Below, in pieces: positions 13,491 through 28,300 of a stretch of 64,000 bases of DNA; position 1 is the stretch's first letter; each line of letters starts with the position of its first letter. The stretch covers positions 9,982,001 through 10,046,000 of the forward strand of contig CM022679.1 of NCBI GenBank assembly GCA_012295275.1, given 5' to 3'. A program made the position numbers and the translations under genes. A model generated the notes under the pieces. It was not told where the DNA came from. It made no database searches and saw only the letters and a list, made by a program, of their open reading frames with translations. The DNA is from Chrysomallon squamiferum. Taxonomy: Eukaryota > Animalia > Mollusca.

Positions 13491-15676
13491 GGCTGTGTGT
13501 GTGTGTGTGTATATATGTGACACGGAGAGATATAAAGAATGAGAGTGAGAAAGATCATTATTATTCTATTATTTTTAGCGTTCTGGTAATTATATATCTA
13601 CATTTTCATACATTTTGTATATCAACATCAAATATGGCAAATCATAATCAAGTGGAATATACTAGAATTTAATAGTTGTTGTTTTCATAAATAGATCAAA
13701 ATTCAATGCATTTAGAATAAGTTGATGATGATGTGTGAATTTAAGTAGAATCACAGGTAAGTAAAGAATAATATACAGAAATGAACTTTTGAATTTTATT
13801 TGTTAAAGGTTAATATTTCAGTACTGAACATTTCATATATTCTTAATTACTAATATTAATACTTTTTTCTTTTAAATATCTTTTCACCTTTTAAAACAAA
13901 ATTGTATATATATTTTCAGCTGAAAAAATTACTAACATTCGACAAGCAGACAAACTGTTTGATGAAGCAACTGAACTGGTGAGAAATAAATTATATATGT
14001 ATCACTAATTAGTCATTTAGTGTCAGCATACCTCTTTAATCTCCTTGTTTTTTCTTTTTTTTAATGTTATTAAATACTTTTTTGACTAACTCAGGCTTTA
14101 AAAAGAAGCATAAAATAAAAACTGATTTCTAAAAATGACTCAGATTTTTTTCTCAATGATTATTACCATTGTTTAATTTTATTTTCGAATTAATTATTTA
14201 TTAATAATTGTCATTGAATCTGCATATATTCAAGTCTGAAAAATATAAAATTTATATTGAAATCAGTTTTATAAAATTCATTTTCTGCTTGTAATATTCT
14301 TTTACTAATAAAACTAAAATTAACTGAAGAAATATGAAAGAAAATCTCTAACAATGTATTAAACTTTTATGTGTGATATATACAATTTTAAGAAGTAAGT
14401 AAATTATTTTTAAATTTTTTTATATGAACTAATTTTCACACTGGCTTGCTACATCAAATGTATGTCAATAAAATTTAATGTGTAAATTTATTTTTAATAG
14501 CTTGAGCAAATGGAACTGGAGGTGAAGGAATTAGAAGCCAGAGATAGACAGAAATATTCAACACGAGTGAAGAGTTATAAAACAGAACTGTTAAAACTAC
14601 AAGCAGACATGGTGAGTTAACAAGACCACTTTACGATATATTATGAATACACTACTTGTGTAAAATGCATACATTAAAGAATTTTGGTGTGTAGATGTGT
14701 AAATAATGATTTGAAGATACACAATTTGGATAAATAATGTTGAAGTTACACAATTTGGATAAATAATGTTGAACTGAATTTAAAAGAATAATATCAGTGT
14801 ATTTATCTTGAAACTGCTAACCACTAAGTTTTTCTTTTACACAATTTCAAACAATTTGTTTAAGATCTGTTTTCCACCTGTGGAGTTAGGTGGGATAAGA
14901 TCTGTCTGAGATAACTTATATATTTAAAATTGTAACTTTAAAACAATTTTCTGTCTTTAATGTTAGCTGAAACACTTTCCTAATATGTTTACATAATGCA
15001 TCTTTTGTAATTTGATGCAATTTATGTTTTTCAGAAAAAAGCTAGACTTGGCATTGATGCAAACAGAGATGAACTGTTTGGTGATGATACTCATGAGTCT
15101 GAAGATATGGTAATTTCTTTTCAGATAATAAATAACATCCTAACTGTATCACTAATAATTTGTTTTAATCAAAATATTGTAATGTGTTTCATATTTATTT
15201 TGATGTCATTAACAGTTTGTATTCCAGTTTTCAAAAACACTGTGATATTAAGTTTCATTAAAATTTTTTTTTTTCAAATTGGAATTAAAGATATAAATTT
15301 AATGAAAAATGGATAATAATTATATCGACTGAATAATTAAATTAATTAAGAACAGCTGTGTTTTGAATATATAAATTATTTTCAGAGAGCTCGTTTGCTA
15401 GATAACAGTGAATTGCTGGAACGTACATCACGAAATCTTGAACATGGATATAGAGCAGCAGTAGAAACAGGTAAAATATCCAATGTTAAACTTTTGAAAG
15501 TTTTAATTAGCATTATCTGTAATAATGTTTAAAGGAACAGATATTTGAAATACATTTTTTTTGTAGTAGTAGTAGTAGTAGTCACAGTAGTCAAAGTAAT
15601 TATAGTGGTGGTAGAAGTTGTAATAATAGTAGTATTAGTAGTAGTGGTACTGGAAACAATAACAGTAATAGTACTA

Positions 15677-15707
<31 letters not shown>

Positions 15708-17045
15708 ATAAAAACTAAAAAAGAATTATGTGCAAAATATTGATAAAAAAATTGTAGTTTAAATAAAATAATTGTATCATTCTTACTGACTTTAATTTTT
15801 TATATTAATTATTTTATTTTTTATTTTTTAAATTACCAAGAATAATTTTATAGAAATATATTTAATGTTTTTTAATTTCTTTTTTTTTTTTTCTTAGAAC
15901 AAATTGGTGCTCAGATTATGGAAGATCTGCACAGTCAAAGACAGACAATGAGCAGATCAAGACACAGGGTATGTTAGAACAACAGTGTGTTTTTAAAATG
16001 AAAATAATTGTTTTATTTAAGTCATCTGTATCAGTGTTTTGAAGTGAGCAAGGTCCACTGTCTTGAATAAATGAGGTTGCATAAATTATTTACTTCATAT
16101 CAGTACTCTTTGGTATACAATGGCTTTTAAAGTTTTAAATTTTTAATAAAATTTTGAAAAATATTTTTAAATTTACATTACATTTAAAAATCAAATATGC
16201 TGTGGCATGCTGTTAGGAGAAAAAAAAACATCTACCGAGAATATATTTTTGATATTATGCATTAAAATGTTGATTTCAGTTGGAGGAGATGAACACAAAT
16301 CTAGGCAAAAGTTCCAGAGTACTCTCAGGAATGATGAAAAGGTATAAATTTTGGTTGTGTGTTTAATGTGTACTTTTGATGGTGTAGCCAAACTTTAATG
16401 TACTTACAGATAATTTGTTTCTTTTGAAATGCATGTATAATTTTCTTTTTTCTTTAAATCTTTTTATTTTATTTTATTTTATTTTAGTTTTAGTTTAAAT
16501 TATTATTTTTTTTATTTTATTTTATTTTATTTTATTTTATTTGTGCTGGAAAATTCCTTATTTTCAGATGAGTGTTAAAGTTTTTGTCATTAGCTCATTT
16601 TGACTTAGTTCACAGGTAAATGGTAATTTGCACAGGAGTTTGTTGTTTTAATTTTGATAAATTCAAAATGTTGAGGGTTCTTTGTAGCATTGTGAATTGA
16701 CTGATTTAATGTCATCAGTTTTCAAATATAATACCTAGAATTATTATTTTCTAATTTATTATCAAAATGCTTTGATTTCTTAATAATTTATTTTACCACA
16801 TGTTTTTTTTACATTTTTTATATTTATTATTATTATTTTTTTTAACTAACCATTGGGAGGGGAACAAAATTCTGTTTGCAGTTTGGTAATGTTTTGTAAG
16901 ATATATATTTATTTTTATAATATATTTGTTTTGTATTTTCAATTTCAGAATAATCCAGAACAGAGTTTTAATGGTGGGGATTGGTCTGATCTTACTCATT
17001 GTGATATCACTTGCAGTATATTTCACTGTGAGGAAACGTTCTTGA
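12967..17045 (+). CDS. VTI1A: Vesicle transport SNARE Vti1a, 8 exons, 217 aa
   Basis: Exons 12967-13060, 13920-13978, 14501-14611, 15035-15109, 15386-15470, 15898-15968, 16280-16341 and 16949-17045 (654 nt, in phase). MASILESYEQQYSSVTADI...LEQMELEV...RARLLDNSELLERTSRNLEHGYRAAVETEQIG...NLGKSSRVLSGMMKRIIQNR followed by a C-terminal TM helix. Resembles VTI1A rather than VTI1B. Confidence 0.93.
13409..13510. repeat. (CT)n followed by (TG)n microsatellite in VTI1A intron 1
   Basis: Directly visible in the sequence. Confidence 0.95.
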
Positions 17046-17219
17046 CATTGTCTTGTGATATTTGTGCTGTTGTTGTTTATTATTACCAAGGTCTGGTATG
17101 TGGGTATGACAGGAATCCATGACGTTTATTTGACACTAAAAGTTTGGCAGCATCATCAGGAAATGAATTACATATCATGGTGTACAAAAAACAAGAGAGA
17201 AACAAGTTGGTGTGAACAT

Positions 17220-17410
17220 TTTGACAGTCATTTTCTAGAAGAATTACTTTTTAAAACGAAAAAAATAAAGGTAAAATGTTCTATTTAAATCACATACTCT
17301 TTAGATTGGCATAAATTGTCAGTTGTTGTCTAGAAGAATAAGTTTTTAAAACGAAAAAAATGGGTAAAATGTTCTATTTAAACCACATACTGTTCAGATT
17401 GTAAGAAAAT
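17220..17410. repeat. Tandem duplication of about 95 bp in the VTI1A 3' region
   Basis: Two copies of ctagaagaat..tttttaaaacgaaaaaaat..ggtaaaatgttctatttaaa(t/c)cacatact. Confidence 0.85.
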
Positions 17411-20400
17411 GCAAAGTTTATGAACATATTATATCACCAGCATGATTAGAATCCTGTAGTACCTCATGCTTCAAACACTAACCATTTTAACAGATAGAAT
17501 CTTGTCATTCTGTTTTAACTGTGTCTTGTGATACGGTTGCACTGTCAAAATTTTCGACTAATCAAACTCACATCGATTTTTAGCTTTTGACTGTTTTTAA
17601 ATTGGTTAAAAGAAGATCAGTTATTACCAGTAGTTTTTGACAACTTACATTAACAGGAAGTATAAATTTACTCAGATTTTTATTTTATTTTTATTTCTTC
17701 TTATTATAAACAAGCTTTAGAAGAGACACCCCACCCATGCGCATGCACATTTTGTATGTATAAATGTGCGTGTGTCATGACTATAAACAATCACATTTAT
17801 GTGCCAAAGGAAAAAAAGATACAAAGAATGTTTTTTTTATTATTATTATTATTATTATTTTTTTTAATCAGCTTTGAATGAATCCTGCTGTTGATTTATC
17901 ATTAGCTTTTAGATAAAACAATTTCATACTTGTTCCATCAAAATATGGAATGAAAAAAATTAATTAAATCAACATTAATAACTATGCAAAGATACAGGCA
18001 GGAGTCTAATTATACGCTTTTATTTTATTAATTAATACATGTATTAATGAATTACAAACTGGTAGTATGTAAATGCTTCTTAAGATGCAGCTTTCTTCAG
18101 TTTGACACAAATGTTCTATCAAACAATAATAATTATGTTTCCTAATTTGGAAAATTCTTATTTTTAATTTTTTTTAAATGTAAGAATAAAAAATTAACTG
18201 ACCGTAATTATTGTTTTTCATTGATGGAACTATTTCTTTATCAAAGGTATCCATTTTTTATGCCATTGAAAATGTAATGTTCAAAAAATATTTTAATTGT
18301 ATTTAAATTAATACAATCAGAAATACTAAATTCACAAAATAAATAATTTTGTTATTATTTACAAAATGTTGGCATAAATACTATTATCACTTCTTTTTTC
18401 TGCATTATTTAATTTCAGTGTTATGTTGGAAAAACTAAATTTGGTTAAAAATGTGGGCTGTTGTTGTAACTCGTGTGTTTTTGCTTGATGTGATAAACAC
18501 TGGAAAATATGTAATTTGTAACCACTTAAATCTGAAGAGAAAGAAGAAAGAAAGTTTTATTTAATGATGCATTCAACATTTTTAATCTAATTATTTGACA
18601 TTATACATAGAGTTGAAGACCACATACAAAATGGAATTTGTAGAAGTCACGAAATGTTTGTTTTTTTATATTATTCTAAAAATGTATTAGCTTTAGAAAA
18701 CAGAAAGAAATTACTAATAGATCATTTACTTAATCAGTATATTTTAGTTTGTAATCAAGAAATTAATGTTTGCTTTACAGGTGCAGTGCTTTTTTCTTTA
18801 TAATGTAGTTTGTGGAAAATGGCATAAGTTATACAGTTATAAAGTTATATTTATCTATTGGGTATGTGCAATAATTCAAATCAGTGTCATCTTTTATGTG
18901 TCATATTTTATTCATGCAGTGAGTGCAAAAGCATAATTTTATTTTGATGGGAATAATAATAGTTTTTGTTGTGGGTTTTTTTGATGAATAAAATGAAATA
19001 AATTTACAAAATGTGGTTAAAACAACAGTTGGTGATAAGCTTTATAGTCATTGTTGTATGTTTATTTACAATAAATAAATTGGTAGACAGATTTTAGGAA
19101 ATTGATTTTTGTGTTTTAGAAATAATCAAGTCAGGTAATTCTGCTTAGTGCTTTGATAATATTAACTGTGTAGAGATTTCATATTAATATTCTTTGATTT
19201 AATTTATTCTTGAAGGGTCACATTTTTTAAGATGCTTTTAGTTTTTCTTCATTGAATGCTGTTTTTAATCTGAAGGACATGTTTTATAAAGACCACACAA
19301 CTAAGTTTAAAAACAAAAACAAAAGAACTGAGTGCCACAAAAAAGTGTTGGTGATACAAATAAAGATGCAATTTTGAGCCTTAGTTTCAGCAGACACAAA
19401 ATTATACGCCAAAATATTACAGTACTTTAGAAATATATTAAAATTTATAAGTATAGGGATTGTTGAAATGAATACCAGAAATTATTTACATCTGCAGTAT
19501 CAAATGTTTAAATATATGTTGTGAATAAATGTTGATGGGTTGATTGAATTAATTGTGGTAATATTTTGTTCTGTTGTAGTTAAAAATGGATAGGTCTGAT
19601 TTACTTATATTGAATGTGCTGTATTCTGATGTTGTATTGCATTGTAATTTAAAAATGGTTGCTATGAAACTTGTCAGGTAACTTAAATTAGGAAAGATCC
19701 CAAAATAACGTTTATTATTAGGCCATTAAAAAGAATAATGAGAGCAAGATAACATGAATGTGATTGTCATTGATGATATATATATTTCTTTTGGTATCTG
19801 ATAATGTAAATACTCATACTTTTACATCACTATGGTTTTTTAATGTTAAAAACACAAATGAAAATAGTGAAAATTATTAATAAAAATGTATTTTATTTGG
19901 TTTTGTGCTTTACACAATGATGTTGTCAGTACTTGTAAGTGCTATCTCAAATAAATCCTTTAGTTTTTCATTTTATTATTGTTGTTATTATTTTTTTTAA
20001 TAATTTTTTGTTTGTTATCTGCAAAACATTAGATACATCACTGTAATATATACTTCACATTAAATTTAAAATACAAATTTGATATATCAAATATTGCTTC
20101 TTTTTTTTCTTCTTTTTTCTGTGTTTTCAATACATTTACCATCTAGTCCTTTGAACATGTAATATAGACCAGCATGTGAAGAAAATGTAAAGATGACAGT
20201 TTGCACATTGATTTATTTGGCTATAATTTGTATGTGGGAAAAATTTTAAACATATATTTTTCTTATGCATTATATTTATGTTGTTAAACTGTTGTACAGG
20301 TTATGTGGATCAAACACAAATGATATTAAATTATCAAAAAGTATGTGAGTAGTTGTGTTACTTTTTAAATATTTTTGTTTTACAGCATTTGTTTATTCAG

Positions 20401-21029
20401 GAAGATAACATATTGAGCATGAATCAAATTTGTACCATCATCATAGTACACTAGGAATGCTGATCATTTGAGAATACATGCATAACTTGAATAATTCTGA
20501 CCATTGTTTCAGAATCTAGGATGAAATTTTTACTTACTAAACAAACAAGGGAAATAGCAAGAAATAATTATAAATATACATTTTTATTACATTTGTACAA
20601 ATCAACATTTGACAATTGCTGATAGAAGGAAAAACATCTGGAATACATATTTTTTTCTTCTTTTTGTTTTGAAATCCATACCTGGTTGAAATGTATGTGT
20701 GTAATAGAAAAATAATTGTCTGAAAATATGGTAAAATGTTTACAAGACTTGCCACGGTTGTGCTTGATGATGATATACATCCACAGAATACAACTTTTTG
20801 TGTTTTTTTTCCTTTTTTAAGAAAAACTCCAGAACATAAATAAAATTACTGTTATTCCAGCTTGGAGAAATTTTAAGGTAAGTTTATTCACCTCATTAAA
20901 ATGTCCCATTATTTTTAAAACTACTTTCACCTTTCATAGTAAAAACCTGTAAAATGTAAAAACAAAGGACAGTAAATATGTTGCTTCACTGTCTGTATAT
21001 ATTTAACAATTTTTGTTCTTGATCTAAAT

Positions 21030-23088
21030 TTATTTTGGTTCCTCGACAATTGACTGTGCAATTCGCGGTTTGTTTGGATTGTTTTCCAACAACCAGTCTG
21101 CTAACCATATCTGCAAAATAAAAAATAAAACCATTAAATCATTTCATAAATATAACTGTTTTTTAGATAAATAAAATAAAATAAAATGATTAATATATAA
21201 ACTAATTTAAAATTTAAAGATGACAATATTTTGAATGAAGAAAAGGTTTAACTGAAGAAAATATACAATAACAATAATTTTTAACTTTTCATATGCAAAA
21301 TTTGACTATTTATTTATTCTTTTTTTTTTTTTTTAATTTTTAAAGATGAATATATTTAGTAATATTAGCAGTATAAATTAATAGTCATTCTTACAACAGG
21401 ATCGCTTGGTTTTTTCTTGCAGAGATTTGTAAGACCTTTGAGTAAAGTTGGATTTACAGCTTTTGACAAGTAATCTACTGCAGCTTCTCCAACAGCAACT
21501 GGCTCGACCACACCTGAAATATCAGAACATTTGTTTTGTGATAAACTGTTAATTATTACTATGACAATTGACAAAAATGTGATGTTGTTGATGGTCATAA
21601 TTTCATAAATTTATCAAGCTATAATATAATGCATAGAAATCTAGATTGATCGTGCAAAAAAAAAATAAATAAAAAAAATTCCAAAACATTAAATATAAAA
21701 GCTCTTACAAATTTATTTTTAGGATTCTGAAACATTCTTGGAATAAGCTTTATTTATGATTGTCAAATGCTTAATACCCATTTGATGGAAGTAGCAATTG
21801 TTACTTTACATAGAAGATGTATATATAAATGCTAAACACTAAAAATAGAATTAATGAGATGAAACATACTGTTTGGAAAGAAGAATCGAATTTCTCTTTG
21901 AGCTGTAGAAAAACCGTCGCTTCCATGAAGAGCATTTCTTTGATCATCTGTTCCATACAATGATCGCAGACTGTAAATATATATTTTAAATGTTTAGAAA
22001 CAACACAGTTTCTAGTCAGTATAATGTTCCAACATGTTTTGTAATATGACAGCGTATTGGTTATTCGGGGAGAGAGGAGTTGTAATTTAAATTTAATAAA
22101 GTAGTAATTTAATAAATGTATATAAATCCCATTAACACTTAGCCAGTTAAGAAAACTTTTTAGACAAATGTATGTGTGTTCTAGTGTCATAGCTCCAGTT
22201 TTGCAATGGTAAAATGATTTGTAATAGTATTATTTTATTGTCATAGTTTTGGGTAATGATGTACATCCATAAATACACTTTAATCATATCATTAAAGTTA
22301 AGAATTATCAAAATTAAACTGGATATTTTGAGAAAAGACATATTGTTTTATGGAAGAACCGAGATGGTGAAAATAACAAAAAATAAAAAATATCTAATAT
22401 ATGCATACCAGTCAGGGTGGGTTTCCCTGGCCTTGAATGTATTTGTTGGCCCAATGAGTTCTCTCCAATAGCTAATTGCCTCTTCTCTAGCCAAAACCAG
22501 TGCCATAATTGGACCACTACTCATATAGGCAACCAAACTGGGAAAAAATAATTTTCCATAGTGTTCTGCATAGAAGTCACTGGCTTGTTCTGGTGTTAAA
22601 TGAACCCTCCTTTTCTGAAAAGAAAAAGAGGAAGAATGCTTAATGTTACAATTTATTTAAAATGCAAGCATCACATTTAACAAAGCATAAATTTGTAATA
22701 CTAATATTATAATTTGAAAATAATTCCATTTAAAGGCTATCAAGTATACATCTACATATCTATTTCTATCATTAACAAAAATAACATTAAACTAAAAAAC
22801 GAGAATACTATTTAAACAATGGAAATTACACAAATAAACTTAATAAAGTAGTATTTTATTTAAAATAAATATTATACCTTATCATCACGATCATGATCAT
22901 GTCGAACGATTATTTATTATAGTTGAAAATACATTAATTACCTGTAAAATAGAAAATCCAGCTCTAAGAACTATGTCCTCAATTTCATCTGACCTGTCAA
23001 TAATGTCTGGTTTAATGAGGGCTAATGTTCTTTCAACATAAATATGAGGAGGATCCATTTTAATAACGTCTGTGTTTTCGCCTGTCAT
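21030..23088 (-). CDS. NME5: Nucleoside diphosphate kinase homolog 5 (NDK domain plus Dpy-30 motif; ciliary radial spoke protein), 5 exons, 217 aa
   Basis: Exons 23088-22942, 22614-22409, 21970-21870, 21513-21395 and 21110-21030, in phase. PPHIYVERTLALIKPD...DFYAEHYGKLFFPSLVAYMSSGP...RNALHGSD...VNPTLLKGLTNLCKKKPSDPVIWLADWLLENNPNKP. Confidence 0.95.
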
Positions 23089-23130
23089 GTTTCTTCTTTT
23101 ATTTTAACACGAACGCCGATTATTAAGCTG

Positions 23131-23143
23131 GTTGCTCAGCAAC
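23131..23143. promoter_or_regulatory. RFX X-box
   Basis: GTTGCtcaGCAAC is a palindromic X-box 43 nt upstream of the NME5 ATG. X-boxes are the hallmark of ciliary gene promoters. Confidence 0.8.
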
Positions 23144-23745
23144 AATGTTTTGGTCTCGAGCAGTCTCGCCTTCGTGCAGTGTCTCGTTCAATTTCCTAAA
23201 CCGGTTTCCTATTTGGTTTAGGCATAAATGAGGTTTACTTTCATTAGATAAACCCATACATATAAAATAACATTTTAAAAATATTTATTAAATTATTTTC
23301 ACACGCTCAAAATTATTTTCGATAAATATTCTGTCTGTAAATTAAAAATGAGAAATGAATATGATAGTTACATATTATCTTATACTAATACTTAATTTAA
23401 AACAAATATATATAATAATTATATATATTAAAAACAAAAACAAAAATTAAATAAATAATGTAAATAAAACAACAACAAAAAGATTAGCTAGGATTAGCTT
23501 ACTAATTTCGATTATTAACACTTTAATATTTCTAAGTACATTTCATGTCGGTTTTTGTGCTTATTACACTTTTTATTGATAATTACATTCAAGTACGCAG
23601 AGTAAACGGAGTACTCTGATTCTTACCGATCGAAGTCAACCGAAAAATATGGCCGATCGTCAGCGTCCATGGTCACAAATTTATTAATTCCAGCTGGAAT
23701 TAAACTTTATGTTATTTATGTATTAAAAGAATCCACATAAATGAA

Positions 23746-25317
23746 ATGAGTATGGAAAATGTAGGTTGATATAATTTATTTTGCATGTAATCTTAGCACA
23801 TAGGATTGAATAGCCAAGTGAGTGATATAAACGGCCAAAATTGTTTTGAACCAAGCAAGTGCGCCCCTAGTTTAGATCATTTTAATTTGAAAAAACAAAA
23901 CAAAACAAACCACTCCAACATTTAATGAGGATTACAGGATTTCTAATGCCATTTATACTTAGTAGATAATTTAAATATTAATATAATTTCTTTTAAAATT
24001 TCTTTTATTGTAATTGTGTTTTTTTATTTATTTATTTTTAGATTCGTCCACCAGGTGTGAAAAAACAGCAAAGTAAGTGTAATATGCTGTTGTCATAAAT
24101 TTGTACTTACTTCATGAACTATAAAATATGTAAGTGCATACAATTGCGTACTAACATGCACCCCCATACACACACATACGTATCATATATGTAACTTCAG
24201 GAATCATTATACAAATATGTTTTATTTATTTATTTTAAATTATTATTATTATTGTTATTGTTATTATTATAGAAAGCACAGATTTTGATGATATTCTTGG
24301 AGATCTGCTTGCACCAGATGGTAAGTAAATAGCACACATTGCCTATGTATTCTCCCAGAAAGTTCAGTAAAATATTTAAAACATCAGTTGTTTATTTAAT
24401 TTTTTTTTTTTTTAATGTTACCAAAATGATGATATAAAAAAATTAATGAAAACAAATATTTAATTTATTATTTATGATCGTTTCAGTGATATTCAAGTTG
24501 ATATATTATTGAATGTATTTAATAATATGAAATATTAATTAATAAAATGGAATTAAAATTCATTTAAAATCAGTAGATAGGCTTACTTGTATTGCAATTA
24601 AGTATTTTAGTACATATAATACTAGACTGTCACATTCAGTGATATTTCATTTATTTTTAGATGACATTTTGAAAAAGAAAGCAGGTCCAGCACAACCTGT
24701 AAGTAAAATAAAAATCTAAAACTGAAGATGAAAAAATGTTGTAGACTTAAAAAGACAATAATTATACCTTCATAAGTTATTATTTTAATTTATTCTACTA
24801 AAATTCAGTAAAGTTTTGTTCAATTTCAGTTTTAAATTTGGAAAGTAATAGTTTATAATAATATTAATTCCCAGCACCAAAAATAAAAACTAATTTTTAA
24901 ATGCTGTTTTACTTCTTTTTCAATACACTTTTTCCTTTGATTCTGAAAAATAATCTTCAGTTATACAAAATATATGATCTGTAAATCATTTAAAATATTT
25001 TAGTTGTTTAAAACTCCTTAATAATGAGAATGAATAATAATTTCCTTTATTTGTTTTTTTAATATCTTTATTATTAATACCCAGACGACATTTCTTTCAG
25101 CATATATTTTTTACCTTATTTTGTTAATTGTATTGACAGGCTGTGCAATCGACACCTGGGAAAAAATTAGGCAAAAGGTACTAAACATTTTTATTAAATT
25201 ATGTTCTTTCTGAATAAACATATCATCACTTAAGCTGTTAATAAATATTAAGTTCTTGACATTAAAAACTGTGACAGTTAGTATTTGTGTGTGTGTGTGT
25301 GCGTGTGTGTGTGTGTT

Positions 25318-25362
<45 letters not shown>

Positions 25363-28300
25363 ATGTGAGTGCGTGAGTGTGTTTGTGTGTTTGTGTGTGA
25401 GGTTGAATGTGAAGGAGTCCTTGAATAAATGAATAAAAAATTAGTGCCAGTATATGTGGTATCCCTTCATCTGTTTTTAATGTCTTTATAGTTTATATTC
25501 TTGTTACCAGGATGAAATTATACATTAAATAACTGTATATATATATATATATATAATGTTTTATTTCTTTCTTTTTTTAAATTGTTTATTTTTACTTTAG
25601 TTTACTTCACTTCACTTCACTTCATTTCACATCATTATTTATTTATTTATTTATTGTATTTTTCTTAGCGCACTTGCTACTGATTCATATAGCAATTTGG
25701 CTTCACAAGCTGGAAATGATGCAGATGAAGAAATTTCAGATGCTGATGTCAGTGAAATGGCCAGAGCAATTGCTGTGAGTTAATTAACCATAAAACCTAA
25801 AGTTACACTAAATGAGTTTACAATACTGATGGAAATTTTAAATTCCAAAGACCCAGTTAAGTAATTATAACTATTTTTTGAGTTACAGACTTGGATGTGC
25901 TATAAATAAAACATTCAAAATTTAGGTTCTAAACATTTTAAATCACCACCTTTGAAGAACTTTTGTGATATTGTTGTTTCATTGCATATTATTAAACTTT
26001 TCTTTTGATTTTTATAGTGACTTAACTTAGGCACAATACAAACATTACACTAACATGAATTTCAGAATTTCTTCTTGATATTATTTAACATTTAGGCTTT
26101 TACAATTATCTTCTGAAGTGACGCTATTTCAAATCGTGCCATTTTTGTAGGGCTTGGATGATATGGATGCCGATCTGTTTGGTGGAAGTTTACCAAAGAA
26201 GAAAGGAAGCTTAAAAGAACGAAGCACCAAGACGACACCTCGCAGAACACCCCGGTCACGAGGTGGCACCCCACGATCAGCAGCTGGTGCTACTAAAGTT
26301 GCTTCCCCTGCTCGTAGCGACAGTCCAACAAGTCCACCAGAAAGTGCAATTTCAAGTGTGAAACGAAGAGTGCCTAAACCAAAATCTCCCACCAGCATTC
26401 AGAAACCAGGATCAGCTCCTGGAAAGTTGACAGGTCTGTGACTTCTCTTTACTAAAATTTTCTTATGAAAAACAGCCTACTTGATCAGTAATGACTTTTT
26501 TCTCTATTTACGCACTGATGTCTTAATGTTAAATGTCAAATAATAATGATTTTGTCTTAGTTTTTTGCATTAGAAATAAATTTGCAAAATTCCTATTGAA
26601 ATTTTATTTATTTATTAATTTATTTATTTTATTTTATTTTTTTTAATTATTATATAATATTTTTTTTGATTTGATTTGATTTGATTTGATTTGTATTATT
26701 TTATTTTTTTTCTTTATATTAATTATTTTTTCTTTTTTTTTCTTTATATTTAATTTATTATTATTATTATTATTTTTTTTTTTATAGATATGTCACAAGC
26801 GAGTGATAATCTGAAACCAGGTCAGACAAAGGCAGATGATAGACCTCGCACTGTACCAAAGGCTAAAAATAGATTTGATTTTGGGGGTAAGCATTATTTC
26901 AATTTATGTTCATATTGAGAGGATAATAAAGAAATCAATAATTTCACTGGTTTAGAATGTATATATTATATTCACCAATTTTTTCAACTATTAAATAAAC
27001 AATGTGTTATCTCACCTATTAACTTTACTGAAATTCATATGGATTTTTGAATATTAGAAAATCAATATAAATAAAACATTAGAAAAGCATTTTCAAAGAG
27101 TTTTATATATCACTTGGGAAGGACATTTTGAAGAAATAATTTTTAGAATTCTTTTTTGCATTGATTATTTAACTTGTCATTCTTTGAAGGAGAAATCAGT
27201 GTTAGCAGTCTTAATATGTCACTGAGAAGAATAATTAAATTCCTTTGTTTGAGTGATAATAATAAAGGAATAAAAATATTCACCTACACAGATATTGTTA
27301 AATGAAACTTTGTGTTGTTAGTGAAACATCATTTTAAACCGTTGTTGATAGATTTTGATGAAGATGATCCTTTGGCTGGTATTCTATCTGACTCAGACTT
27401 GGACCAACCAAAACCAAAACCTTCTTTGAAGAAACAGAAATCAATTGAAGAACCAGCTAGAGACATAGGTAATCATTAAATATTTTTTTTTTTTTTCAAA
27501 ATTTTTATTATTTATTGATAACCGTTAGTAATATGATTTTTCTTTCCTTTATCTAACATTTTAAAAATTTAATTATTATTGATATATTGTAAGTAAGAAT
27601 TTTTTTTTCATTTCCATTATCTAATAATAATGTAAAAATTTCAATATAATTTAGATTAAACTTTAATTATTATTGATATCTGTTAGATTTTTTTGGTTTT
27701 TTTTGTTGTTGTTTAATAACAGTTTAGTGAAAATTTCAGTATAATATTCATTTTTCTTATCTGTTAACCTTTATATTTCTTTCGACATTCTCAGAGTCCC
27801 CAAGAAAGAAAAATGTTTTGGACAGACCTCCAACTCGAAGTGGAAGTGGTGGAACCGATTCTGATCGAATTTTAGAAACTCCTCCAAAATCTGCTGAGCC
27901 AATACAGAAAACAGCAGAACCTGTACCAAAAGCAAAACCAGGTAAAAGAGTTTTTGTTTATTATTATCTTTGATTGTTACATGATATAAGAATATATACT
28001 GTACATAACATGATAGGTATACTTAATAACTGAACATGAAAGTATCCATATATACCCATATTCTTTAAGTATGACAGTGTTGAAAACAACTTAGTTTTAT
28101 TGCTGAAACTGAGAATTGTTTTTTTATTATTTTTTCTTGTTCTTGTTCTTGTTTGTGTTCTTATTATTATCATTTATTATTATTATTATTCATGTTTTGT
28201 CTCTTAGATACAAACTTTGGGGTTTAAAATAAATAAATGTCAGTATCAACATTTCTTCTAAAAAACAAAAAAAACACAGAAAGTATTTGTTTTTGTTTAT

